64,000 nt of DNA. It comes from Candidatus Stahliibacteriota bacterium (GTDB lineage Bacteria > Hydrothermota > Tepidihabitantia > SM23-42). The stretch is from the NCBI GenBank assembly GCA_030609135.1, contig JAUWCU010000003.1, positions 55 through 64,054 of the forward strand, written 5' to 3'. Positions 21,361-30,351 of the stretch are shown piece after piece. The position numbers and the translations under genes were made by a program. Position 1 is the first letter of the stretch, and every line of letters begins with the position of its first letter. The notes under the pieces are model-generated. The model saw nothing but the letters and a program-made list of their open reading frames with translations. It was not told the origin of the DNA and did no database searches.

Positions 21361-22773
21361 ATGAAGAACATAGTATATATAGTTCTATCAGTAATTTTGG
21401 TCGTGAATTGTAGTGAAATGGAGACCAAGTGGGAAGTAAAATTCGAACCAGCAGGTCCAGGTAATTATCGAATCAATGGGATTTCTTCTTCAAAGACATA
21501 TACTACTCCAGACAACTACGACCACCGAGTCAAAGGAGTTCCTTGTTCAAGGACACATTCTTATGTTGTTACTGGGGCATTTTGGGAAGATAAGCAGGAA
21601 TCAGTCTGCATTACTGCAAACTATGATGCTAATGGTGAACTCATCTGGCACACAGTCTATGAATCGCATGGCTTGAAATCTTCGAAAGGAAATGCTATCC
21701 GTACCATCACAGGTGAAATTGAAGAGGTTAAACATGACATTTATGTACTAGCACAAACCACTGACTTAAAAGGTATCAACGCCGTAGTCCTGATACAATA
21801 TGACAGCCTTGGTAATATGCAATGGGACAAGGTTATTGAAAAATCCCGAGGAGAGATAACGAGTGTATTGCTGAACGACCACTTGAATAACCTCTATATA
21901 GCGGGCTGGACAAGTAATTCCGCAAATTCTACAGATATCTTCATTGCCAAATATCGACCTTCAGGAGAACTGGCTTGGTTGAACAAATATCATAACCCTC
22001 CTCTTGTTTTTAATACCTTAGTGTTTTGCTCTAGCAAGAATGACCAGTTTCTGGTTGCCGGTCATCTGAGACATAACAAGGATTTCTTTTTCATGAAATA
22101 TGATAGCCTTGGGAAACTTGTGCATCTGACAAAGTGCGAAACTTCTATGCAGGAGATTTCATTGGCAGATGCACAACTTGATGAACATGGTAATGTTTAT
22201 CTTCTGGGCACAACCCACAACAATAAAACTGGCAAGGATTACGTAACTGTAGTCTATGATAAAAACGACAGTCTCCTATTTGAGAAATGCTTTGATGGAC
22301 CAACGCATCATGACGATGTCGCCAATGCCTTGATTGTGGAGGATTCGTACGCGGGGTCATTGTATGTCTATGCTATCGGCAGCAGTGAGAACGAAAATGG
22401 CGTGAGTGAAGTGCTTACCGTGAAATATGATCTAACCGGCAACGAAATATGGACAAAAGCATTCAAGGGGAGAAAAAACGAATCAGCAAAACCCTATCTG
22501 CACGGTCCCAGAATAATCTATTCTCCAACACAGCACGGCGTCAATAATTTCTACATAACCGGATATGTGGGCGATGATGCATTGGTTTTGAAACACAATA
22601 CTAAAGGATTTATTTCCTGGTTTACAAGATACGCAAAGGTTGGCACAGTATGCAAGCCAACCGCATTCAGAAGTTTCTGCGTTGGTATAGAAAGCGTGTC
22701 AGATAAGGGGTCTGATGCATACTTAATAAAATTCGGAAAAACTGAACAGCTCGGCATTATCCGCTGGGATTAA
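21361..22773 (+). CDS. lipoprotein with beta-propeller-like repeats (SBBP/PQQ-like), hypothetical
   Basis: Signal plus lipobox (LVVNCSE). Repeated G-x-x-x-W blade-like motifs (GELIWHTVY, GNMQWDKVI, GELAWLNKY, GNEIWTKAF). Confidence 0.45.
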   Translation: MKNIVYIVLSVILVVNCSEMETKWEVKFEPAGPGNYRINGISSSKTYTTPDNYDHRVKGVPCSRTHSYVVTGAFWEDKQESVCITANYDANGELIWHTVYESHGLKSSKGNAIRTITGEIEEVKHDIYVLAQTTDLKGINAVVLIQYDSLGNMQWDKVIEKSRGEITSVLLNDHLNNLYIAGWTSNSANSTDIFIAKYRPSGELAWLNKYHNPPLVFNTLVFCSSKNDQFLVAGHLRHNKDFFFMKYDSLGKLVHLTKCETSMQEISLADAQLDEHGNVYLLGTTHNNKTGKDYVTVVYDKNDSLLFEKCFDGPTHHDDVANALIVEDSYAGSLYVYAIGSSENENGVSEVLTVKYDLTGNEIWTKAFKGRKNESAKPYLHGPRIIYSPTQHGVNNFYITGYVGDDALVLKHNTKGFISWFTRYAKVGTVCKPTAFRSFCVGIESVSDKGSDAYLIKFGKTEQLGIIRWD

Positions 22774-22826
22774 CTTCTCACTACGCCATTATGCCAATTG
22801 GCGAATTACCGTAGTGCGAGAATGTG

Positions 22827-24278
22827 CTAATGAATTGTTTCTCGTATCAATTTTGTACTACGGCAGGATTTTCTTTTGATCGTAAATACTGCATGCATTT
22901 GTTTGGCTACAGCCCTTGCTTTTGATCGGTTGTCACAAATGATTTCTATTAAACATTCGCCTTTTTTTACATAATCACCGATTTTTTGGTTGACTTTAAA
23001 TCCACATGATGGGTCGATTTTGTCTTCCTTTTTAAGTCTACCCCCACCCAATTGTACGAGCAACATGCCGATATCAAAAGTATCAATATGATGTATATAC
23101 CCTGTTTGTTGTGCTTTGATTTTAATTCTATTTTTTGCTACTGGTAAACGTGAATAATCATCAATGATACGAACATCACCACCCTGATAATGAATAATCT
23201 CTTTAAATTTATTTAAGGCTTCACGGTTTGCTATCTTTTTCTCAAGGAGGTTTTTCCCGCCTTTAATTTTAGCGAGCTTAAGCATTGCCTTGCCAAGCTC
23301 GAACGTGACTTCCATCAAATCCTTTGGACCACTGCCCTTTAGCGCCTCGATCGTTTCAATAATCTCTAAAGAATTGCCTATATAGTTACCTAATGGATTA
23401 TTCATATCAGTTAGGATGGCGATGACTTTAACTTGGAATCCCCCGTTGCTTGCGGCGTGGGATGAGATATAATACTCCCTCTCCCTTGAGGGAGAGGGTA
23501 GGGGTGAGGGTGAAATTGAAAGTAAGATACCCTGCCCCAAGGGGCAGGGAGCTTCATTCTTTTTGCAACGAGAGTCTCGTTGCACTCCAAAGCGTTTGCC
23601 GATTTGAATCATGGTCCGCGCAAGCTTTTTTGCTTTTTTATAATCAGTCATGAATGCGCCACTGCCAAATTTCACATCGAGCACCAGACCATCGAGATTT
23701 TCAGCAAGTTTCTTAGACATTATGCTTGCGGCAATGAGAGGGATTGAATCAACCGTTGCTGTTACATCGCGCAAGGCATATATTTTTTTGTCAGCGGGCG
23801 CAATTTCTCCGGTTTGTCCAATCATGGCAACGCCAAGTCTTTTTAACTGGCGCTTGAATGCTTTGAGCGTTAGATTAGTACGAAACCCGGGGATTGATTC
23901 TAATTTGTCTAAAGTACCACCTGTATGACCCAGACCGCGACCCGAAATCATGGGCATACAGATACCACATGATGCCATCAAAGGTGCCAGAATAAGTGAT
24001 ACCTTATCACCGACCCCGCCCGTAGAATGCTTGTCGATCTTTGGCTTTTTAATTTCTGAAAGGTTGAGCATCTTTCCAGTGTGCATCATGGCTTGCATCA
24101 AATCAGTGGTTTCGTTAATATCCATACCCTGAAAATATACCGCCATTAAAAAGGCAGCCAGTTGATAGTCAGGGATATTGTGTTTTGTGTATTCAGAAAT
24201 CAGATACTTTATTTCGTGTTCATTTAATTTTTTACCATCACGTTTTTTACGAATAATATCAAGGACGCTAAATTCCAT
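22827..24278 (-). CDS. pdp: thymidine / pyrimidine-nucleoside phosphorylase carrying a ~50-aa in-frame insertion
   Basis: N-terminal region matches the family (DYQLAAFLMAVYFQGM, KHSTGGVGDKVSL, MISGRGLGHTGGTLDKLESIPGF). The C-terminal ...LTDMNNPLG block is also present. Between IGKRFG and VKVIAILTDM lies an extra segment encoded by three GC-rich hairpins (23434-23583). The likely start is Met29 (MEFSVLDIIRKKRDG). Confidence 0.85.
   Translation of the reverse strand: MEFSVLDIIRKKRDGKKLNEHEIKYLISEYTKHNIPDYQLAAFLMAVYFQGMDINETTDLMQAMMHTGKMLNLSEIKKPKIDKHSTGGVGDKVSLILAPLMASCGICMPMISGRGLGHTGGTLDKLESIPGFRTNLTLKAFKRQLKRLGVAMIGQTGEIAPADKKIYALRDVTATVDSIPLIAASIMSKKLAENLDGLVLDVKFGSGAFMTDYKKAKKLARTMIQIGKRFGVQRDSRCKKNEAPCPLGQGILLSISPSPLPSPSREREYYISSHAASNGGFQVKVIAILTDMNNPLGNYIGNSLEIIETIEALKGSGPKDLMEVTFELGKAMLKLAKIKGGKNLLEKKIANREALNKFKEIIHYQGGDVRIIDDYSRLPVAKNRIKIKAQQTGYIHHIDTFDIGMLLVQLGGGRLKKEDKIDPSCGFKVNQKIGDYVKKGECLIEIICDNRSKARAVAKQMHAVFTIKRKSCRSTKLIRETIH
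23434..23583. repeat. triple-hairpin repeat element inserted in-frame within pdp
   Basis: Three consecutive hairpins: ccctctccc-ttga-gggagaggg, ccctgccc-caag-gggcaggg, ttgcaacgaga-g-tctcgttgcaa. Related GC-rich hairpins occur in intergenic DNA at about 11010-11033 and 25600-25640. Confidence 0.7.
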
Positions 24279-24912
24279 TACACCCCATAGCTTCGCGCAA
24301 TCGCTTGCACGATGCGCATTTACCGCACATTTCTTTTTTGCCAAGATAGCACGAGTAAACATATTGGACAGGCGCCTTGTATTTTAGTCCGAGTTTGTAG
24401 ATTTGTTTCTTTGTATATTCAAGAACAAAGCTCCTCACCTTAACCTTGGTAAGTGTGCTGAACATTAGGGCGTGGTTTATTGCTGCCATGAATTGTGGTC
24501 TGTTGTCCGGGAATTCTTCGGCTTCTTCGCGGTTAAACCCTGTAATAATGAACTCGGCGCCTAAATATTCTGCATAACACGCCGCAATATTTATGAAAAG
24601 ACCATTTCTGTTTGGAATCCAAACGTTCTTTAAGTTGCTAAATTTCCTAATCCTGACATTTTTGGACTGAAGCATAAGGAGTTTCTTGAATTCTTTGAAA
24701 AAAGGTATTTTGATAACCTTGTGTTTGATTTGTAATGCCTTACATATCTTTCTGGATGCGGAAATTTCCATTTTTGCAGCCCGTTGGCCATAATCAAATG
24801 TTAGCGCAAATAGCGGTCTTGTTTTCTTCTTGGCTATTGTCGCGCTGACTAAGGAGTCAAGACCGCCGGATAGGAGGATGATGCTCTTCAATTGGCGAGA
24901 TTGCTTCGTCAT
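24268..24912 (-). CDS. queC: 7-cyano-7-deazaguanine synthase QueC
   Basis: PP-loop SIILLSGGLDS. C-terminal zinc-binding Cys cluster CGKCASCKRL. The ORF-track N-terminal extension (to 25101) is translated from repeat DNA, so the start is more likely the internal Met (MTKQSRQLK...). Confidence 0.85.
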   Translation of the reverse strand: MTKQSRQLKSIILLSGGLDSLVSATIAKKKTRPLFALTFDYGQRAAKMEISASRKICKALQIKHKVIKIPFFKEFKKLLMLQSKNVRIRKFSNLKNVWIPNRNGLFINIAACYAEYLGAEFIITGFNREEAEEFPDNRPQFMAAINHALMFSTLTKVKVRSFVLEYTKKQIYKLGLKYKAPVQYVYSCYLGKKEMCGKCASCKRLREAMGCNGI

Positions 24913-24957
24913 TTCATTCCTCGCAATGACAAGGAGAGAGGGGTTCCTCGCAATGAC
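24908..24957. repeat. tandem duplication (2 x ~25 bp, ttcctcgcaatgacaaggagaga) of the GTCATTGCGAG-family repeat
   Basis: Visible as ...ttcctcgcaatgacaaggagagaggggttcctcgcaatgacaaggagagatg... Same family as 25137-25175, 34180, 34365, 39190, 39656, 47978. Confidence 0.6.
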
Positions 24958-25173
24958 AAGGAGAGATGAGTATTTTCGAATGACGCAAGGAGTAGGGGCT
25001 TTAGCCCCGTCGTATATCGAAGCTTTGAAGATGTGAGGCTCAGAACCTCTGAACTTCTCAACTTCGAGATTGCTTTGGGGCTGCGTGTCTTGCAATGACA
25101 AGAATGGTGGGTATTCTTTGCCCGACCGATGAGTGTGTCATTGCGAGCCTGAACGAAGTTAAGGCGTGGCAAT

Positions 25174-25533
25174 CTAATCTTCATAATATGTGACGGTATT
25201 GTTACGTCCTTCCCACACCGTGACCGCTTTCATCATATTAATTTTTTTCTTCATTTCATTAAAAACATACATCGCGACATATTCTGCGGTGGCATTACGT
25301 TCTTTGAAATATTTAAGCTCATTCAAGTTTTTGTGGTCGAGTTCAGAAAGTATTTCATCAAGCGCGGTTTTCACACGTCTGAAGTCAATAGCCATCCCTA
25401 TATTATCCAGCTTATCCACTTTTAATATTACTCTTACCTGATAAGTATGGCCGTGTATACCAGCACAATCACCAGGATATCCTTTTACCTGGTGTGCTGC
25501 TGAAAATATTCCTTCAACTGAAAGATCAAACAT
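25174..25533 (-). CDS. queD: 6-carboxy-5,6,7,8-tetrahydropterin synthase QueD
   Basis: 119 aa. PTPS-family motifs (CxxxHGH: CAGIHGHTY; E...H). Confidence 0.85.
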   Translation of the reverse strand: MFDLSVEGIFSAAHQVKGYPGDCAGIHGHTYQVRVILKVDKLDNIGMAIDFRRVKTALDEILSELDHKNLNELKYFKERNATAEYVAMYVFNEMKKKINMMKAVTVWEGRNNTVTYYED

Positions 25534-25804
25534 TATCTCCCCCTAATATAAAACACCTCCACCCACTGAAACAATACTGAAATGATATTCAGCACAAGGT
25601 TCAGGGCAAGCTTTTTCCTCCCCCTTCCAGGGGGAGGAAGACAGTTTGCAGTCTTTTCCTTGTGGGAAAGCCCTTCTGGGCTTGATATTCGCGGGCAGCC
25701 CGCGCCGCTTCGCAAGGCGAGGCCGGGCAAGCCCGCTCCCACTATGCAAATGCCTAAAACACCTAAACCCCGTTAGATGTGTACTATCTAAATGGGGTAA
25801 ACAC

Positions 25805-26347
25805 CTAAACACTAAATTGATTACCCAAACGATTTTTCAGTATCTCCCGGGCTTTTTCAAAGAAATCAAGAACGATTTTTTCCTGGTGATCCGGGTATGT
25901 CCACGCTAAGGGTCTGAATCCCTTATTCTTGTAAATGAGCGTGACTTCTGCGTAAATACCTTTACCTATATAAATACGATGGGAAAAATCCTTAGTTGAA
26001 GCAAGGACTAAATTGCTCAAGGTTATGAGTCCGGGATCAATATTAACCTTCCTTCTTTTGTTTTCATTGACAAAGGAGCTTTCAATTCTATTGGTTCGGT
26101 GTTTCAAATCCGCGAGGACATCAGGATTTACCAAATCATCAAAGACACACCACTGTCGCAAGAGCTTATCGCCCATTTCCTTATTGTAGTATGTTGTGTG
26201 CGTAAACGGGATGATTTCAGATTTCATGGATATATTCCCGAAGTCTTTAGTTAATGCATCTAACACGTTCCTCACTCGAAAATCGTTAACAAAAATCAAT
26301 CCAGTCATAACCAGGACTTTCTGGGTCGGTTTAATCTCTGCCATCAC
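25805..26347 (-). CDS. hypothetical protein embedded in the queuosine cluster (possibly a DUF-type family)
   Basis: 180 aa with no recognisable catalytic motif. Located between queD and the QueG-like gene on the same strand, overlapping the latter by 17 nt. Confidence 0.35.
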   Translation of the reverse strand: MMAEIKPTQKVLVMTGLIFVNDFRVRNVLDALTKDFGNISMKSEIIPFTHTTYYNKEMGDKLLRQWCVFDDLVNPDVLADLKHRTNRIESSFVNENKRRKVNIDPGLITLSNLVLASTKDFSHRIYIGKGIYAEVTLIYKNKGFRPLAWTYPDHQEKIVLDFFEKAREILKNRLGNQFSV

Positions 26348-26978
26348 AGACCTTTACGCACACGCCACATATATACTGACCAATACCTCTGATCTTGGAG
26401 AATTCCTTTAATTGTTCCAGGCAGCGAGTTAGGTCAACACCGTCTTTAGAAATAGCCTGACCTGGACATGCCTCAATACATTTGATACATTCACCACAAC
26501 TTTGTTCCACTTTTTGGTCAGGCTCAAATGATAAGTCGGTCAGGAGTGAGCAATACCGAACCCTGGCTCCATATTTTGGATGGATGAGTAAGCCACTTCT
26601 GCCGATAAAGCCAAGACCAGCTGCTTTTGCCAATGATTTATGAGAAATATGGCCTTTTTGCATCTGCCAATCAACTGTCTGAGATGCTGGAATGGCAATT
26701 GCCTTTGCGCCTTTTTCTTCGATAAAACGCACAAGGTGATAGGCAGTTTGGTCTAATATCCAGTTCACCGTCTTGTAATGATGTTTATAAATGAGTGTTG
26801 GCCGGTCTTTTATCGTCTGTAAAACCGATTCTGATAATGGGTAGCCAAAAACAATTGCCCTTGGCAACTCAGCTTTGATTTCTAATAATTCAACATCTTC
26901 TGGCACTTTGCCAAAACCAATGATTTTGACATTATAGTTCAGAAGGAATGAGCAGACTTCTTTTTTGATTGATGTCAT
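26331..26978 (-). CDS. epoxyqueuosine reductase-like 4Fe-4S protein (short QueG-family member)
   Basis: AKAAGLGFIGRSGLLIHPKYGARVRYCSLLTDL resembles the QueG core. CGECIKCIEACP and CGVCVKVC are ferredoxin-type cluster motifs. At 215 aa it is shorter than canonical QueG. Confidence 0.5.
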   Translation of the reverse strand: MTSIKKEVCSFLLNYNVKIIGFGKVPEDVELLEIKAELPRAIVFGYPLSESVLQTIKDRPTLIYKHHYKTVNWILDQTAYHLVRFIEEKGAKAIAIPASQTVDWQMQKGHISHKSLAKAAGLGFIGRSGLLIHPKYGARVRYCSLLTDLSFEPDQKVEQSCGECIKCIEACPGQAISKDGVDLTRCLEQLKEFSKIRGIGQYICGVCVKVCDGRD

Positions 26979-27640
26979 ATAAGGAACGATTCATCAGGTT
27001 TGTCTTTTACTGTCTCGTCATTTGTTTCTTCATCCTCAGTAGTTTCTTGCTCTGCTCCCTCAGTGCTCGGTTCAGGTTCTTGTTCATTGCCAGAAGGTTT
27101 AGTACCAGTGTGTTCCATGGTTGCAATTGCTTCACCAAAATCTTCTTCCCGGGGTAGATCACCCAGTTCTTTTATGCCAAAATATCTTAAGAATTCTTTG
27201 GTCGTGCCATACCTAATTGGTCTACCAGGAACCGGCAGTCTGCCGCATGTTTTAACCAGATTTTTCTGCAGGAGAACGTCTAATATCCAGGTTGAATCAA
27301 CACCCCTTACTTTTTCGATTTCTGGTCTGGTAATAGGTTGGTGGTATGCTATTATTGCAAGGGTTTCCAGTCCAGCTTTTGAAAGCCTGCTCTTGCGGTC
27401 GTGGAGTGCACCGACCCATAGAGCAAATTCTGGTAGGGTGTATATCTGATAGCCTCCAGCGATTTCCTTTATTTCAAAAGCTCGTTGTGACTCGTGATAT
27501 TCTTGATTCAGTTCTTTAACACAGCTGACAATCTCATCTTTTTGTAAATTGGCTATTTCAATGATCTTTTGCAATGTCAAAGGAGCATCAGTTGCTATTA
27601 ATAGTGCTTCTATAGTGCGTTTCATATTAGATCTGTCCAT
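26975..27640 (-). CDS. scpB: segregation and condensation protein B
   Basis: Two winged-helix ScpB repeats (EALL..., PITRPEIEKVRGVDS..., RPIRYGTTKEFL). Acidic C-terminal tail. Confidence 0.85.
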   Translation of the reverse strand: MDRSNMKRTIEALLIATDAPLTLQKIIEIANLQKDEIVSCVKELNQEYHESQRAFEIKEIAGGYQIYTLPEFALWVGALHDRKSRLSKAGLETLAIIAYHQPITRPEIEKVRGVDSTWILDVLLQKNLVKTCGRLPVPGRPIRYGTTKEFLRYFGIKELGDLPREEDFGEAIATMEHTGTKPSGNEQEPEPSTEGAEQETTEDEETNDETVKDKPDESFLI

Positions 27641-28813
27641 TTATTTCTCCTTGGTGGCATATAGCGAAATCAATTTATTTACAATCTTATCCCAATTGAA
27701 CCTATCGTCAATGCTTTTCTTAGCCCTCTTCCCCATTTCTTCACGTAGTTTTTTATCAATTGCCAGTCTTCGTATTGCCCTGGCAAGTGCCGGGACGTCG
27801 CCGGGCGGGACAAGAATGCCGTTCACACCATCTTCAACAACATCGGTAATGCCCCCAGCCTTCGAGGCAATAACTGGTTTATAGCAACTCATCGCCTCGA
27901 TCAAGACTACACCAAGACCTTCAATATCGCCTTGTTTATCATATACTGCCGGCAGCACAAAAAAGCCGCATTTTTCATAGTGCCGCAACTTTTCATCAAC
28001 TGAAATCCAGCCGGTAAAATAAACCCGGGAGCGTAGATCAAGACGGTCAACAAGGTTTTCCAGTTCAGGTCGCTCTGCTCCATCGCCGATGATCACTAAT
28101 TTATGGGGTATTTCATTTCTTAGCTCAGCCATGGCCTGTATCAAATACTTGATCCCTTTGCGCTCCACCAGCCGGCCAACAAAAAGAATTTCATTTTCAT
28201 CGCTGATGCTCGATACTCTTTCCGGAACTGCAGCGCTGAACGGTATGACTTCAATTTCACTTTTTATATAACTTCCTAATTCAGTTCTTGTATGGGTAGA
28301 TATCGCAGTAATCGTATCAGACTTATTCAGCAAAATCGAAAGACACTTTGTCAGCCACTTGAATTTTTTCGTGAACCAGCGTATTTCGCGTCCATAAAAA
28401 GTAGAGAATAAGCGGGTTTTACCGGCAATGCGGGCGAATACTCCAAAAATGATATGAGGAAATGGCCAGTGAACGTGAACGATATCATATTTTTCTCTTT
28501 TGACTAATTGGACAATTGCCCAGGTACCAGCTATCATATAGAAAAATATCAGCAGTAGGTTTAAGGGGTTGCGGCTTACCCGGTCGACAACGGTTTCGTC
28601 ATGCGTGAGTTTTTCCAGATTTTTGAAGAAATAACGGAAACGATGAACTTTAACCCGGTCAAGGATCTGATCACGCAAACCTTTGTATGATGAAGTAAAT
28701 ACTTCGACATCGATTTTTTTGTCACGAAGCCGGAGTATTAGCTCGGTAAGCCAGGGGGTTATTACATCCCCTTCATAACGTTTGTAAGCAGTAGTAACAA
28801 ATAATACCTTCAT
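27641..28813 (-). CDS. glycosyltransferase family 4
   Basis: GT-B fold. C-terminal E-x7-E region (EGLGVVLIEAMSCYKPVIAS). Confidence 0.8.
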   Translation of the reverse strand: MKVLFVTTAYKRYEGDVITPWLTELILRLRDKKIDVEVFTSSYKGLRDQILDRVKVHRFRYFFKNLEKLTHDETVVDRVSRNPLNLLLIFFYMIAGTWAIVQLVKREKYDIVHVHWPFPHIIFGVFARIAGKTRLFSTFYGREIRWFTKKFKWLTKCLSILLNKSDTITAISTHTRTELGSYIKSEIEVIPFSAAVPERVSSISDENEILFVGRLVERKGIKYLIQAMAELRNEIPHKLVIIGDGAERPELENLVDRLDLRSRVYFTGWISVDEKLRHYEKCGFFVLPAVYDKQGDIEGLGVVLIEAMSCYKPVIASKAGGITDVVEDGVNGILVPPGDVPALARAIRRLAIDKKLREEMGKRAKKSIDDRFNWDKIVNKLISLYATKEK

Positions 28814-29472
28814 TTCTTAAATTTCCACTTGATCAAGCTCCAGATTGCCTGAATGCCGTCTTTCACACCTATTTTCTTACCTTTTTTGCGTCCGGTGTAG
28901 CTAATCGGTATTTCGACAATTTTCTCTCTTCTTTTCAGGATTTTGCAGGTTATTTCGGGTTCGATCTCAAAATGCGATGAGATTAGGTGTAGATCCCTTA
29001 GGAGATCAGTTTTTATGACCTTATAACATGTCTCCATGTCTGATATATGGCTGCCAAATAAAACATTAGTCAAAAAGGTTAAGAACCGATTCGCAAAATA
29101 ACTTGATTTTAAGAAGCTACCTTTTCCTAAAATTCTTGAACCATACACAACATTTGTTCTTTTTTCTTTAATAGGTTTAATCAGCTGTGGATACTGTTTA
29201 GGTGAATACTCTAAATCAGCATCCTGAATAATAACTATATCTCCAGAGGCAATTTGCAAACCACTTCGGATGGCGGCTCCTTTTCCTCTGTTTTTCTCGT
29301 GAAATATTGTTTTTATTCCTTTTCGCCTTTTCAAAAAATCTCTGGTGCCGTCCACTGAAAAATCATCAACTACGACAATTTCGCGTGCTAAACCTACTTT
29401 TTCGACATCGGTTATTATCGTCTCTATATCGTTCTTCTCATTATATACAGGGATTATCACCGTAACCTCCAT
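28810..29472 (-). CDS. glycosyltransferase family 2 (DPM1-like)
   Basis: VIIPVYNE, DDFSVDGT, IQDADL(D-x-D) motifs. Confidence 0.8.
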   Translation of the reverse strand: MEVTVIIPVYNEKNDIETIITDVEKVGLAREIVVVDDFSVDGTRDFLKRRKGIKTIFHEKNRGKGAAIRSGLQIASGDIVIIQDADLEYSPKQYPQLIKPIKEKRTNVVYGSRILGKGSFLKSSYFANRFLTFLTNVLFGSHISDMETCYKVIKTDLLRDLHLISSHFEIEPEITCKILKRREKIVEIPISYTGRKKGKKIGVKDGIQAIWSLIKWKFKK

Positions 29473-29811
29473 GCCCAGATTATATGGAAAAATCCCTCAA
29501 TGTAAAGTATATTCATAAATCTGACATGTTGTAGTCCTGACAGGCATTTGCAGAGTAAACTCTGCCACTACAGAATGTGCGAAATATCACTGTCCCGCTA
29601 TGCGGGATCTTCGATTTTCCTATAGTGTATGCTAATATGATAAATCCCGCAATTCAATTTATAGAATTACAATACGAAGCGGGATAAATAGGGCGGAGAG
29701 AGTAGATGGAGTGCAACGGCTTGCCGTTGCATGCAGTAGCAAGCTACTGCACTCCGTAGCAAAATCAAGGGATAAGGGATAAAGATGTGTCCAAGGTTTC
29801 TTAATTAAAAG

Positions 29812-29839
29812 TTGACATTTCGTGCTATATATCTATAAT
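29812..29839 (+). promoter_or_regulatory. consensus sigma70 promoter for tRNA-Glu
   Basis: TTGACA 29812-29817, 16-nt spacer, TATAAT 29834-29839. The tRNA 5' end lies 8 nt downstream. Confidence 0.55.
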
Positions 29840-29846
29840 ATCCCAC

Positions 29847-29922
29847 GGCGCCATCGTCTAGCTTGGTTTAGGACGTCGCCCTCTCAAGGCGAAGATCACG
29901 GGTTCAAATCCCGTTGGCGCTA
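29847..29922 (+). tRNA. tRNA-Glu (anticodon CUC)
   Basis: Cloverleaf folded by hand. Acceptor stem GGCGCCA/UGGCGCU. D-arm GUCU...GGAC. Anticodon stem UCGCC/GGCGA with loop CU-CUC-AA. T-arm ACGGG-UUCAAAU-CCCGU. Discriminator A, no encoded CCA. Confidence 0.8.
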
Positions 29923-29939
29923 TTTTTTGAAATCGTTTA

Positions 29940-29967
29940 TTGACAAAATGAAGATTTTGCATATAAT
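29940..29967 (+). promoter_or_regulatory. consensus sigma70 promoter for the bactofilin operon
   Basis: TTGACA 29940-29945, 16-nt spacer, TATAAT 29962-29967. AGGAGG at 29993-29998 and ATG at 30004. Confidence 0.5.
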
Positions 29968-30003
29968 TTATGTTAATAAATTACTGATTCAAAGGAGGAT
30001 TGG

Positions 30004-30351
30004 ATGGCGAAAGAAGGTCAGATAGACAGTGTTGTGGGAAAAGGGACTGTTATAAATGGCGATATCAAAGTTGATGGTTCAACTAAAATTGACGGGAAGG
30101 TCAAAGGAAACCTTACAGTAAAAGATAGTCTCTTTGTTGGTAAAAGTTCCGTGATAAAAGGTGATATTTACTGCAAATCAGCAATCATTGGAGGTAAGAT
30201 TCAAGGCAATATCCATATCCAAAACATTGTTGAATTCCAGAGTGGCGCGCAGATGTTTGGTGACATTATTTGCAAAGGCATAATCATCCATGCGGGCGTC
30301 TTTTTTGAAGGTACTTGCCAGATGTCTGAAAAAACAAAGGAAAAGCCGTAG
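30004..30351 (+). CDS. bactofilin (DUF583) cytoskeletal protein
   Basis: 115 aa. Repetitive beta-helical G-x-I/V-x-G-D/N-I pattern (VINGDIKVDGSTKIDGKVKGNLTV...). Confidence 0.8.
   Translation: MAKEGQIDSVVGKGTVINGDIKVDGSTKIDGKVKGNLTVKDSLFVGKSSVIKGDIYCKSAIIGGKIQGNIHIQNIVEFQSGAQMFGDIICKGIIIHAGVFFEGTCQMSEKTKEKP

Noticed and set aside
24913-25101. N-terminal 63-aa extension of QueC in the ORF track
   Set aside because: The extension is encoded by tandem GTCATTGCGAG-family repeats and a family-D repeat. A canonical PP-loop N-terminus starts at the internal Met, so the extension is most likely not translated.
25543-25812. Overlapping small ORFs between queD and the 180-aa gene
   Set aside because: Encoded by family-G and GC-hairpin repeats (cctcccccttccagggggagg; ttgtgggaaagcccttctgggc). 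Both strands are open only because of palindromic symmetry.
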